From assembly GCA_964399605.1 (NCBI GenBank), contig CAYNRH010000001.1, positions 1 to 43,544 of the forward strand: a DNA stretch of 43,544 nt. The letters run 5' to 3'. Position 1 is the first letter of the stretch; every line of letters begins with the position of its first letter. The translations under genes and the position numbers were made by a program. The stretch is from an uncultured archaeon (lineage in GTDB: Archaea > Aenigmatarchaeota > Aenigmatarchaeia > PWEA01 > JAGHBM01). Below, piece by piece: positions 1-9,039 of this stretch. A model generated the notes under the pieces. It was not told the DNA's origin and did not search any database. It worked only from the letters and a program-made list of their open reading frames with translations.

Positions 1-405
1 ATTGAAGTTGGAAATATAGATGATATTGCTTATTCCGATGAGGGAATTTTGAAAACCCGTGGACTTGACGGATGCACAGCTATCATGATTTACGGAGAAG
101 CACCTAAACACCACGGAATATTGGGGCATTACACACAAGCTTCTAATAATAAGTTCTTTTCTGATTTTGAAGATTTTGCTGAAGTATTTGACGGACATAA
201 AGACAGCGGGGTGATAATTTACTCACAGGATATGGATATTGAACTTCTGGATGAAGTGAAAGATTTTTTGAGTAATGAAATCCCAAATATAAAAATAAGT
301 GAATTTCCATATAACCACAAATACTCTGGTTCTGGAGAGGTTGTGTTGAATATAGACAGTGGGGAATGGAAAGCTTGGTTCAATAAAAAACCAAAAAGGT
401 TTTAA
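1..405 (+). CDS. hypothetical protein, 5' end outside window
   Basis: Frame 1 is open from base 1 (IEVGNIDDIAYSDEGIL precedes the track's TTG at 49), with a stop at 403-405. No family recognised. The GLDGCTAIMIYG...GILGH Cys/His pattern only loosely recalls CheD-type deamidases. Confidence 0.45.
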   Translation: MEVGNIDDIAYSDEGILKTRGLDGCTAIMIYGEAPKHHGILGHYTQASNNKFFSDFEDFAEVFDGHKDSGVIIYSQDMDIELLDEVKDFLSNEIPNIKISEFPYNHKYSGSGEVVLNIDSGEWKAWFNKKPKRF

Positions 406-428
406 TTTGAGTTAGTTAATTATTTATT

Positions 429-989
429 ATGCCAGATTTTAATAAGATAAAAAAGTATGTAGAGGAAGTCTTTAGGGAAGGCGACGAAATGGTTGCCAAT
501 TTTGAATGGTTCTACAAATATCATATTTCAATAGTTTACAAAATTGCAATAAAATTGGCAAAAAAATATAAGGCAAATGAAACTGTTGTTGGTCTAGCTG
601 CGATATTACATGACATAGGAATTACTGTAGATCCTAAACAACATGATATAGCAGGCGCCAAAGAAGCAGAAAGGATTTTAAAGAAATATGGATATGCGCC
701 TGAGATAATAAAACAAGTTTCTAATTGTATTGAGTCCCATATGTGCGAAGCAAAAAAACCCAACACATTAGAAGCTAAAATAGTAGCAACTGCCGATGCC
801 GTTTCAAAATTTAAGAGTCCATTCTTTTTTATAAAAGCATGCGCGGGAAAACAAACTCCAGAAGAATATTTTGAGTGGTTCCATAACAAAATTAAAAGAG
901 AGTATGAGAAAATATTTTTTGATGATGAGAAAAGGTTAGTGAAAAAAGAGTATGAAGTTCTTTCAGAGATGTGCAAATTTAGAGGTTAA
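429..989 (+). CDS. HD-domain metal-dependent phosphohydrolase
   Basis: LAAILHDIGI HD dyad, downstream ESHM and ATADAV helices; 186 aa, ATG start. Confidence 0.75.
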   Translation: MPDFNKIKKYVEEVFREGDEMVANFEWFYKYHISIVYKIAIKLAKKYKANETVVGLAAILHDIGITVDPKQHDIAGAKEAERILKKYGYAPEIIKQVSNCIESHMCEAKKPNTLEAKIVATADAVSKFKSPFFFIKACAGKQTPEEYFEWFHNKIKREYEKIFFDDEKRLVKKEYEVLSEMCKFRG

Positions 990-992
990 GTT

Positions 993-1667
993 ATGCCCAA
1001 AATACAGAAAACTCTCAAGCCAAACGGAAGAGTAATGATAGTTGCAGACAACCGTGAATTCAACTCAAAGGTTGTCAAAAATTTGGCGCGACTGGATTGT
1101 GTTGTGAAGCCAAACCAGCTTGAAGTCGGGGACTATATACTCAGTGAGAGAACTTGTGCAGAAAGAAAAACCACTTCGGATTTTTTGTCATCAATTTTTG
1201 ACCAGAGAATTTTCACCCAGCTAAAAAACCTTAAAAATAATTTTGAAAGGCCACTGCTTGTTATAGAGGGGAAGAACCTTTACTCCGAAAGGAATGTTCA
1301 CCCGAATGTAATACGTGGCGCCTTGGCATCAATAGCCCTTGATTATTTCATTCCAATAATATGGACTGAAAACGAGGAGGAAACCGCAGGAATACTTTAT
1401 TGGATAGCAAGAAGGGAGCAGCTTGATGAAGCAAGGGATGTATCAATAAGGGGTGAGAAAAAGGCACTTACATTAAAGGACCAGCAGGAATTTCTGGTGG
1501 CTGGCATGCCTAATGTGAATACGAAAATTGCAAAGCGACTTCTGGAGAAATTTAAAACTCCTGAAAAGGTTTTCAGGGCATCAGAAGAAAAATTAAAAAA
1601 AGTCCAGGGGATAGGCGACAAGCTGGCAAAAAATATAAGGAAGATATTGACAGAAAAATATGAATAG
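993..1667 (+). CDS. xpf: short-form XPF/ERCC4-type structure-specific endonuclease
   Basis: GDYILS...AERKTTSDFLSS matches the ERCC4 GDx(n)ERKx3D nuclease signature. C-terminal tandem helix-hairpin-helix (GMPNVNTKIAKRLL, VQGIGDKLAKNI). No helicase domain. SD GAGGT upstream of the ATG. Confidence 0.8.
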   Translation: MPKIQKTLKPNGRVMIVADNREFNSKVVKNLARLDCVVKPNQLEVGDYILSERTCAERKTTSDFLSSIFDQRIFTQLKNLKNNFERPLLVIEGKNLYSERNVHPNVIRGALASIALDYFIPIIWTENEEETAGILYWIARREQLDEARDVSIRGEKKALTLKDQQEFLVAGMPNVNTKIAKRLLEKFKTPEKVFRASEEKLKKVQGIGDKLAKNIRKILTEKYE

Positions 1668-1675
1668 GTGAGCTG

Positions 1676-2848
1676 TTGAAAAGAAAGAATATTCTTGTGG
1701 GAATAGACCCCGGGACAAAAACTGGCATAGCAGTTCTATCGTTAAGGGGAAAGGTCATATCAGTTGAAAGCATGAAAGACATGGGAAAAGACAAAGTAAT
1801 AAAGTACATATCATCTCTTGGATTTCCTACAATAATAGCTACTGACAAATCAAAACCGCCCTCCATGGTTGAGTCTGTTTCCAACAATTTTGGATCAGTT
1901 TTATTCCATCCAGAAAAGGACATAACCAAAAAAGATAAAGCATCTCTGACCAGAAAATATAATCCAAAAGATTCTCACCAAAGAGACGCCTTGGCTGCTG
2001 CATTCTATGCCTTTCGAGAATACAGGGATACCATAAGGAAAATAGAGAGAACAATAGACAACTTAAACCTGTGGAGATATGAAGATGACATAAAGGACCT
2101 CATCATAAGGAAAAAAGCAAGAAACATATCTGTAGCAATAGAAGCTGTTTTTTCAAAGAAAAAAAGAGCAGACAGATACTTAAAAGAGGACAGGAAGCTG
2201 ACACGTGGAGAAGCTGAGCAAATCTTAGAAAAGACCAGAAACCTGCTCAAAGAGAAGGAAAAAATAATTGGAATCCTGGAGAATTATTCGTCTAAACTGG
2301 AGAGAAGATTAAAGGAGGCCGAAGAAAAAAACCTTGAGCTCACCAAGAAATTAGAAAAAATTAAAAAATCCAAGATTCCAAAAAAGAAGGACTATGAAAA
2401 AGTCTCCCTGAGAGAAAGAATAAAAGGGAAAAACAATGAAATAAAAAAATTGCTTCAAAATATAAAAACACTAAAGGAAATTGAAAAAACCAGAAGCGAA
2501 GGACTTGTTCCGGTTAAAGTAATAAATAATTCCACTATTGATGAAATAACCAAGGCGGAAAAAGAGATTGGAATAAGAAATGATATACTTTACTTCAAGA
2601 GATATTCTGAGTTCTCAAAACAATTCATAAGAAAACTTAAGGAAAATAAGGTTGAAATGATAATAGGAAACTTTCCAGACAAAATAAAAAGCGAAATTGA
2701 AAAAAATGGAATAATAGTGCTAAGAAAAGATGACATAAAAATAAAAATATCTGATTCTGTTGGAAAATTATCAAAGGATGATTTAAAAAATCTAAAGAGG
2801 AAAGAGTTTCTCAATTGGCTGAAGAAATATAAAAAGAGGTTTGGTTAA
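1676..2848 (+). CDS. DUF460/COG2433-like protein (predicted RNase H-fold, RuvC/YqgF-like nuclease) with long coiled coil
   Basis: N-terminus ILVGIDPGTKTGIAVL resembles RuvC/YqgF starts. The central part is a K/E-rich coiled coil. TTG start lies 5 nt after GGTGA. Confidence 0.6.
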   Translation: MKRKNILVGIDPGTKTGIAVLSLRGKVISVESMKDMGKDKVIKYISSLGFPTIIATDKSKPPSMVESVSNNFGSVLFHPEKDITKKDKASLTRKYNPKDSHQRDALAAAFYAFREYRDTIRKIERTIDNLNLWRYEDDIKDLIIRKKARNISVAIEAVFSKKKRADRYLKEDRKLTRGEAEQILEKTRNLLKEKEKIIGILENYSSKLERRLKEAEEKNLELTKKLEKIKKSKIPKKKDYEKVSLRERIKGKNNEIKKLLQNIKTLKEIEKTRSEGLVPVKVINNSTIDEITKAEKEIGIRNDILYFKRYSEFSKQFIRKLKENKVEMIIGNFPDKIKSEIEKNGIIVLRKDDIKIKISDSVGKLSKDDLKNLKRKEFLNWLKKYKKRFG

Positions 2849-3350
2849 TTTGGATTTGATAAAAGACAAGAAGCTTAAAGAAACTTTAATATTTTTGGCT
2901 AAACTTGTTCTCCTTTCAATTCCTTTGTATATTGTAATATGGTTCAATATCAGTTTTGCTTTTGCCCAAGATTTTTTGGCCTACCACATATTTCACTTTC
3001 TAAATTTTTTTAACATTCAAGTTTCGAGAGATGGGTTTAACTTGATTTTTCAAAACTTCTCTATAATTATAAATAAGGATTGTATTGGCTGGAAGGGAAT
3101 ATTGTTTTTCTTTGCCCTTGTGCTGTCAACAAAAAGCACATGGAAAAAACGGTTCATAGGGCTGTTCATAGGCATCCCCGCTGTGTTTTCTGTGAATATT
3201 TTAAGAATTGTTTTTATGATTTGGGTCGGATTCAATATTCCAAATACTTTTTCAATATTTCATGACATACTATGGCAGGGTTCAATGATATTTTTGGTAT
3301 TGCTTTTATGGCTCATCTGGTGGAAGGCAACATATTTAATAAATCAATAA
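2841..3350 (+). CDS. minimal exosortase/archaeosortase-family membrane protein (candidate)
   Basis: Polytopic 169-aa protein with ordered Cys, Arg, His candidates in the spacing of the exosortase/archaeosortase triad: INKDCIGWKG, about 42 aa, NILRIVF, about 19 aa, FHDILWQG. Overlaps the upstream stop by 8 nt. Non-ATG start. Confidence 0.5.
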   Translation: MVNLDLIKDKKLKETLIFLAKLVLLSIPLYIVIWFNISFAFAQDFLAYHIFHFLNFFNIQVSRDGFNLIFQNFSIIINKDCIGWKGILFFFALVLSTKSTWKKRFIGLFIGIPAVFSVNILRIVFMIWVGFNIPNTFSIFHDILWQGSMIFLVLLLWLIWWKATYLINQ

Positions 3351-3370
3351 AGAATAATTAATGTGATATC

Positions 3371-4375
3371 ATGTTTGGATTCTTGAAGAAAAAATTAAAA
3401 GAGGGTATAGAAAAGATAACCAAGAAAGTGGAAAAAGAAGAGCAGGTTCAAGAGAGAACAAAGGAAAAATTGCAAAAACCAAAAAAAGTTGCAAAGGAGA
3501 AACCAAAGAAAGTAAAAAAAAGTTTGTTTAATATAGGAAAGAGAATTATAAGAGAGTCTGACATCAAGGATGTCTTATGGGACCTTCAAATATCCCTTTT
3601 AGAATCCGATGTCGCCCTTGAAACTGCAGAAAAAATATGCAACGACTTGAAGAAAAATCTAGTTGGAAAAGAGATAAAGAAAAAAGATATGGAGATTACA
3701 ATAAGAAACACCTTGAAAAACTCACTGAAGGAGATTCTTGATCAGAAGCAAATAGATATCTTGGCTGAAGTGAAGAAAAAAAAGCCGTTTCTTATATTGT
3801 TTTTAGGATTTAATGGCGCAGGAAAAACCACAGCCATAGCAAGGGTGGCATATCTCCTAAAAAGCAAGGGATTATCCGTGAATATGGCTGCCGGAGACAC
3901 ATGGAGAGCTGCAGCAATCAACCAGCTGGAAAAACATGGGGCAATCTTGAAGGTTCCTGTGATCAAGCATGACTACGGCGCAGATTCAGCCGCTGTTATT
4001 TACGATGCAGTTAAACATGCAAAGGCAAGGGAAATAGACGTGGTGCTTGCAGATACTGCAGGAAGGTCGCACACAAATAAAAATCTTATGAATGAGTTAG
4101 AAAAAATATGCAGGGTAAACAAGCCTGATATGAAGATATTGGTTGTTGACTCTTTGACTGGCAACGATTCAGTGGAACAGGCAAAGGCATTTGAGAGCAG
4201 TGTAGGAATAGACGGAGTCATAATGACCAAGATGGATGTAAATGAAAAGGGCGGCGCTGCCATTTCTGTTGCACATGCAATAAAAAAGCCCATTCTTTAT
4301 ATAGGAGTTGGCCAGGATTACAAGGACCTGGAAAAATTTGACGCTGATAAAATAATAAAAAATTTGCTGGAGTGA
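3371..4375 (+). CDS. ftsY: signal recognition particle receptor FtsY
   Basis: K/E-rich N-terminal region followed by the SRP-GTPase NG domain: GFNGAGKTT (G1), DTAGR (G3), TKMD (G4). Confidence 0.92.
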   Translation: MFGFLKKKLKEGIEKITKKVEKEEQVQERTKEKLQKPKKVAKEKPKKVKKSLFNIGKRIIRESDIKDVLWDLQISLLESDVALETAEKICNDLKKNLVGKEIKKKDMEITIRNTLKNSLKEILDQKQIDILAEVKKKKPFLILFLGFNGAGKTTAIARVAYLLKSKGLSVNMAAGDTWRAAAINQLEKHGAILKVPVIKHDYGADSAAVIYDAVKHAKAREIDVVLADTAGRSHTNKNLMNELEKICRVNKPDMKILVVDSLTGNDSVEQAKAFESSVGIDGVIMTKMDVNEKGGAAISVAHAIKKPILYIGVGQDYKDLEKFDADKIIKNLLE

Positions 4376-4379
4376 TATT

Positions 4380-5120
4380 ATGCTTTACCTAATAGGTCTT
4401 GGGTTGTATGATGAAAAGGACATAACACAGCGCGGGATTAACGCAATAAAAAATTGCGATAATCTTTACATAGAGTCATACACTTCCAAGTGGAACGGTT
4501 TGGAAAGCCTCAGGATGATGTTGGAAAAGGAAATTATTGAAGTTAAGAGGAGCGACCTTGAGGAAAACCAGAAAAAAATTCTGGATGAGGCAAAGAGCAA
4601 AAAAGTTGGCGTTTTAATTCCTGGAGATCCGCTTGTGGCTACAACGCACATAGACCTGCTGATACAGGCAAAGAAAAATGGAATAAAAACTGTTGTGATT
4701 CATGCACCGTCAATATATTCTGCTGTTGCTGAGACAGGCCTCTTTATCTACAAGTTTGGCAAGACGACAACAATTCCTTTTGTCCAAGAGGGTTATAAGC
4801 CAGAGAGCCCCTACGACACAATAAAACAGAACAGGGAAAATGGCTTGCACACGCTTTGCCTACTTGACATAAAGGAGAGACTGATGGCGCCAAGCGAAGG
4901 GTTAAAGTACCTATTAGAGATAGAAGGCAGGAGAAAAGAGATGGTTATTTCCGAAGATGATGAAGTTATTGTTTTTTCCATGAGAGAAAGAAGCTTTATA
5001 ATTTATGGCAAAGTAAACAATATATTAAACAGGGATTTCCCTACACCGGCCGTTCTTATAATACCCGGGGAGTTACACTCAATAGAGAAGGAGGCACTTT
5101 CATGTTGGAAAACGACTTAA
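4380..5120 (+). CDS. dph5: diphthine synthase
   Basis: MLYLIGLGLYDEKDIT start, GDPLVATTH motif, 246 aa, tetrapyrrole-methylase-type layout typical of archaeal Dph5. Confidence 0.9.
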   Translation: MLYLIGLGLYDEKDITQRGINAIKNCDNLYIESYTSKWNGLESLRMMLEKEIIEVKRSDLEENQKKILDEAKSKKVGVLIPGDPLVATTHIDLLIQAKKNGIKTVVIHAPSIYSAVAETGLFIYKFGKTTTIPFVQEGYKPESPYDTIKQNRENGLHTLCLLDIKERLMAPSEGLKYLLEIEGRRKEMVISEDDEVIVFSMRERSFIIYGKVNNILNRDFPTPAVLIIPGELHSIEKEALSCWKTT

Positions 5121-5344
5121 GAGATGAAATAAAGAAATGGTCTAAGAGGTTGGACAACTCTTTGAAAACTACAGTTGCAACAGGCAGGAATGGCGTTGAG
5201 TTCCTCACAAACATAAAGGCATACCAGTCGGATTCTCTCCACTTCTTGAACAAGGGAGACCTTATAAGAACATATGAAGCTTTAATATGGGCGTGGGCTT
5301 ACCTGGAAATAGGGAAACAAATAGGTATTCTAACACAAAAATAA
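5102..5344 (+). CDS. DUF357-like small protein
   Basis: 80 aa. AYQSDSLHFLNKGDLIRTYEALIWAWAYLEIG resembles the DUF357 helical-hairpin signature. GGAGG SD lies inside the dph5 3' end, with a 19-nt overlap. Confidence 0.55.
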   Translation: MLENDLRDEIKKWSKRLDNSLKTTVATGRNGVEFLTNIKAYQSDSLHFLNKGDLIRTYEALIWAWAYLEIGKQIGILTQK

Positions 5345-5447
5345 CCTAATCCCATCCCTATAAATCTTTTTATGAACATATTATTTACAGGATAAAGCAA
5401 AGCAGTGACATATGTGTTACCTTTATAAGGTGACAGCAAACCGAAAC

Positions 5448-5456
5448 TTTTATATA
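5448..5456 (+). promoter_or_regulatory. candidate TATA box for the 5495 gene
   Basis: TTTATATA preceded by AAAC, 39-47 nt upstream of the ATG. This would leave a roughly 15-nt leader carrying the GGTGAT SD. Confidence 0.35.
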
Positions 5457-5494
5457 CCAGTTATGGTATATATATTACTGTTAGGTGATTAAAA

Positions 5495-6154
5495 ATGGAC
5501 AATAGTTCCGCTGCACTTTCATATATTATAAAAAAACTGGATACTCTGGATAATAGATTGGTATATGTGGAGAGAGTTAATAAAGCTATTTACAAGGGTA
5601 GTGTTGCTAAATCTCAAAAACCAAAGGAAAACAATTCTAGTTTAGAATATACCCTTTATGGGCCACTCTTGAAAATGTCTGAGAATAGAAACATATGGCC
5701 TGATTTGGTATCAGGAGAGCCAAAATGGACAGAGATAACATCTATATACAAGGCATCTCGTATAGTAGGAGAAGAAGATTTCGTATCGCTTACTACGGAT
5801 ATTCCATTTGTACAGTACTTTATGGGTAGTTTAGGTGGCAACTCGATAGCAGATGTCTATGATTTTTATAAACCGTTAAGAGACGATGAAAACTTAATTA
5901 ATTCATTCGCAAAGGTAAACTATGGTATAGATTTAAGTGAAGACGGAAACACTGCAGAAGTATCATACAATGTAAAAAGTGAATTAGATGAATTAAAGAA
6001 GAAACTTGAAAAAACAAATAATACCATAGGAAAAGTAGTATATGAGATGAAACTTATTGAAGGAGAGTTTTCCCTAAATAACGCTGAAAAAATTTATCAT
6101 GGAATAAAAGAGCAAGGGGCCGAGACAGATACTGATGATATGGCTTACCAATAA
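5495..6154 (+). CDS. hypothetical acidic soluble protein
   Basis: 219-aa ORF with GGTGAT SD and an oligo-T tract after the stop. No motif recognised. C-terminal helical K/E segment and acidic tail. Confidence 0.6.
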   Translation: MDNSSAALSYIIKKLDTLDNRLVYVERVNKAIYKGSVAKSQKPKENNSSLEYTLYGPLLKMSENRNIWPDLVSGEPKWTEITSIYKASRIVGEEDFVSLTTDIPFVQYFMGSLGGNSIADVYDFYKPLRDDENLINSFAKVNYGIDLSEDGNTAEVSYNVKSELDELKKKLEKTNNTIGKVVYEMKLIEGEFSLNNAEKIYHGIKEQGAETDTDDMAYQ

Positions 6155-6160
6155 TTCCCC

Positions 6161-6175
6161 CTTTTTTCTATTTTG
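6161..6175 (+). terminator. oligo-T tract (archaeal-type terminator candidate)
   Basis: CTTTTTTCTATTTT lies immediately after the stop at 6154. Confidence 0.35.
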
Positions 6176-6317
6176 AAAAGAATTAATGTTATAATTATTT
6201 TAACTATAATTTGAAGTCCTTGACCTTAAAACACCCAGAATTAAGTTTTTTGGAAGAATGATAAGTTTAAATAATTTTCGTTACTAATATATAATAACAT
6301 AATAAAAATAAAGGGGG

Positions 6318-6785
6318 ATGAGAATGGTTTTAGAGAAATTAGGATATGTCAAAAAAAGAGATTACGACCAATTAAAAAGACAAATACAAGAATACAAAGA
6401 CAAAGCAGATAATTTTGAGAATGAACTAACAAGATTAAGAGAAGAACTGAGCGGAACTATTGCAGGAATGATACAATTTTTTGGTGAAAACGCTCTTCAG
6501 GCAGCAAGTCAATATAATCTTCAGCGTGTTAATACTACACAAGAAGAGAGAGCTGAAAGGGGGAACAATGATATATCAATTATACCACCAGAAGTGAGAC
6601 AAGAATTAGAATACGAAATGTTTTCAGGGACTAACCCATTTGCTGGATTAACTCTTAAGGCATTGGTTTACATGGCATTATGGGGAGAAAGAGAAGGAAA
6701 AGACAAGTTCAGAAGAGATTATCTATCAGGAAGACTTGGTTCAATCGATATTGGCATAGGAAATATTGTAACAGAAACACAGTAG
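6318..6785 (+). CDS. hypothetical coiled-coil protein
   Basis: 155 aa. N-terminal heptad-like segment (YDQLKRQIQEYKDKADNFENELTRLREEL) and a C-terminal amphipathic/hydrophobic helix (GLTLKALVYMALWG). AAGGGGGA SD. Confidence 0.6.
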   Translation: MRMVLEKLGYVKKRDYDQLKRQIQEYKDKADNFENELTRLREELSGTIAGMIQFFGENALQAASQYNLQRVNTTQEERAERGNNDISIIPPEVRQELEYEMFSGTNPFAGLTLKALVYMALWGEREGKDKFRRDYLSGRLGSIDIGIGNIVTETQ

Positions 6786-6791
6786 AAGAAT

Positions 6792-6810
6792 AGAGATATT
6801 TTTTATCTCT
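6792..6810 (+). terminator. hairpin with T-rich loop downstream of the 6318 gene
   Basis: AGAGATA-TTTTT-TATCTCT, a perfect 7-bp stem starting 7 nt after the stop. Confidence 0.35.
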
Positions 6811-6845
6811 CTAATTTTTATATATTAGTTAGTTTTTAATATTTA

Positions 6846-7433
6846 ATGATATACATGTCAATAATGCTTGCTCAGGCTATGAGTATAGGTGGCTTAAATA
6901 TTTATGATATAATATTCAAGACAATATTACAATTGCCAATGTGTATGGGAGGCTCTGGCTGGGGTTGTATTACAGGAGACATATCTCATGATTTTATATA
7001 TGGACTGTTTATACCTCACGTAGTACTTATCCTGTTTCTTTTTGTAGCCACCAGAGGATTAGGTCACAAAGGATTAGAAACTTTACTAGGAATTGGTGTT
7101 TATGTGTTTATAATTTATAGTGGGTTTTATCCATTCTTTGCAACACTAACGGTAATGTGGTTAGTTATATCTTTATTCATAGCAGGATTTTATTTCTTCT
7201 GGGGTAGAGTTATACATCCCACGAGAAGTAAAGAATTATTTAAATTAGGTTTTTTACAAGCAAAAAATAAAGCAGAAAGAAGAAAAACAGAACAGGCACT
7301 AAGAAGCGACATAAAGTATTTGAGAGAAGAATTGGAAAGAGCTAGAAAAGCAAAAGATAAGGAATCTATAAAGTCAATTTCAAATGCCTTGACTGAGAGA
7401 GAATTGCAATTAAGAGAATTGGAAAGAGGATAA
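6846..7433 (+). CDS. membrane protein with Cys-rich N-terminal motif and C-terminal coiled coil
   Basis: CMGGSGWGC motif, three clear hydrophobic segments, then the charged helix RKTEQALRSDIKYLREELERARKAKDKE...LQLRELERG. Start ambiguous (ATG at 6846, 6855 or 6864). Confidence 0.6.
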   Translation: MIYMSIMLAQAMSIGGLNIYDIIFKTILQLPMCMGGSGWGCITGDISHDFIYGLFIPHVVLILFLFVATRGLGHKGLETLLGIGVYVFIIYSGFYPFFATLTVMWLVISLFIAGFYFFWGRVIHPTRSKELFKLGFLQAKNKAERRKTEQALRSDIKYLREELERARKAKDKESIKSISNALTERELQLRELERG

Positions 7434-7435
7434 GC

Positions 7436-7942
7436 ATGACATACGATACAACAAGTTTTATTACTCAAATCAGTATGGATCCAACGCTTCAGCCATTTCT
7501 TCCATTTTTCTTTGTGCTTGCAATAGTGTATGGACTCTTGTCAATGGTTAACGTGTTTAAAGGCAAGAAGGCTGTAAATTTCATAATATCCCTCGTGTTT
7601 GCATTTTTTGCTGCGGGTTACCAGCCGTTTGTTAGTTTCTTTTTCGCAGAATTTGGATTGATTCTTTGGGCATTTGTAATAATATTTTTCATAGCCTTTA
7701 TTCTTGAGGCAATTGGCTTGAGAGGAAAGAAAAGATTAGCTGAACCAGGAAAGGAAGATTTGCCTATGGTATTTGGCGGTATATCTGTCCTTATACTGGT
7801 AACTATTGGATTCAATTACTTTTCAAACTTTGATATACCCATTATAGGAACTGAAAATCTGTTAATTTTAATTGGATTGTTTTTATTATTGATAATATTT
7901 TACTATGCCTATGAATTTGGCAAGAGTGGCGGACCACAATAA
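7436..7942 (+). CDS. multi-TM membrane protein, paralogue 1 of the tandem array (most divergent)
   Basis: Shares FFFVLAIVYGLL and ISLVFAFF with the next three ORFs. Starts 2 nt after the upstream stop. Confidence 0.65.
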   Translation: MTYDTTSFITQISMDPTLQPFLPFFFVLAIVYGLLSMVNVFKGKKAVNFIISLVFAFFAAGYQPFVSFFFAEFGLILWAFVIIFFIAFILEAIGLRGKKRLAEPGKEDLPMVFGGISVLILVTIGFNYFSNFDIPIIGTENLLILIGLFLLLIIFYYAYEFGKSGGPQ

Positions 7943-7988
7943 TTTAAATAGATAAAAAAACAAGTAAGTAATGAATAGGTGAGATGCA

Positions 7989-8468
7989 ATGGCTTTCGAT
8001 ATAATATCAAGCAACTTTTTTGTTTATTTGTTTCCATGGATGTTGACACTTGCGATAGTCTATGGGATATTGGAGCATTATAAAATACCCCAAAGCCAAA
8101 GTGCAAGGGGAGTCATATCTCTCGTAGCTGCTTTTTTGGTTTTGCCGCTGGCGCCAAGCCTTGCAGCATTTTTGACGGGTATGGTTAAAGGGCTTCTTGT
8201 TGTTGGAGTAGGCATTCTTGTAGCTTTGATTTTTGTTGAACTTCTTGGATACAAGGTTGGAAAAGGAGAAAACATATTTGAAAAATACCCAGTTGAATTT
8301 GGTATAGTCATGATAATAATAGCCATCCTTGTGTTTGTCAGTGCAGGTGGGTTAAAACTTTTGAACTTTAACATAGCCATAGGGGATGATGTTCTGGCAG
8401 CATTGTTCTTTTTGGGTGTCATGGCCTTGGGAGTATGGTGGATGACAGCAAAAGGCAGCGGGGATTAA
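7989..8468 (+). CDS. multi-TM membrane protein, paralogue 2
   Basis: FFVYLFPWMLTLAIVYGILEHYKIP..SARGVISLVAAF...AGGLKLLNFNI...WWM. SD-start cassette AGGTGAGATGCAATGGC. Confidence 0.7.
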   Translation: MAFDIISSNFFVYLFPWMLTLAIVYGILEHYKIPQSQSARGVISLVAAFLVLPLAPSLAAFLTGMVKGLLVVGVGILVALIFVELLGYKVGKGENIFEKYPVEFGIVMIIIAILVFVSAGGLKLLNFNIAIGDDVLAALFFLGVMALGVWWMTAKGSGD

Positions 8469-8518
8469 GAATAGAAAAGTTTTTATACTTAAAAACGTTA
8501 AAAATAAAGGTGAGATAA

Positions 8519-9031
8519 ATGGCATATGGTTTTGGATTGGAAAATATGATGCAAAACAGTTTCTTTGTAATCCTACTGCCATGGCTTTTAACTTTTGCTA
8601 TTGTTTATGGAATCCTACAACATTACAAAATACCAAAAAGCCCGTCAGCAAGGGCAATAATCTCAATAGTTTTTGCATTTTTCACAATACCGGTTGCCGA
8701 ACCATTGATGACAATAATAGGAAATATGGGTGCATCTCTGGTAATTGCTATTACAGGAATTTTGTTTTTGTTGATATTATTTGAGATTACTGGAACCAGA
8801 TATGTGCCAGAAGAACCGAAAAGTGAAGAAGAAATAAAACAAAGAATAACACAAAAATATTATAAGGAATTTACCTTTGGTGTTATAGTTTTAGCTATTT
8901 TGATTTTCATAGGAGCTGGAGGGTTGCAGCTTTTAGGCATAACAATACCATCCATAAATTATCCACTATTGTTTTTCTTTGCAGTAATGGTTATAGTAAT
9001 AATATGGATGGTGACGAGTGAGAAAAAATAG
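8519..9031 (+). CDS. multi-TM membrane protein, paralogue 3
   Basis: FFVILLPWLLTFAIVYGILQHYKIP..SARAIISIVFAF...AGGLQLLGITIP...IWM. SD-start cassette AGGTGAGATAAATGGC. Confidence 0.7.
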   Translation: MAYGFGLENMMQNSFFVILLPWLLTFAIVYGILQHYKIPKSPSARAIISIVFAFFTIPVAEPLMTIIGNMGASLVIAITGILFLLILFEITGTRYVPEEPKSEEEIKQRITQKYYKEFTFGVIVLAILIFIGAGGLQLLGITIPSINYPLLFFFAVMVIVIIWMVTSEKK

Positions 9032-9039
9032 GTGATAAT

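Noticed and set aside
536-976. Antisense or alternative-frame track ORFs nested inside recognised genes. Examples: 536-976, 1397-1929, 3742-4293, 9667-10095, 13385-14211, 24115-25098, 25368-26174, 26744-28317, 31811-32849, 34666-35857.
   Set aside because: Each lies wholly within a gene with strong family motifs on the other strand or frame. They lack SD signals and have low-complexity or Ser/Leu/Phe-rich composition typical of shadow ORFs in AT-rich DNA.
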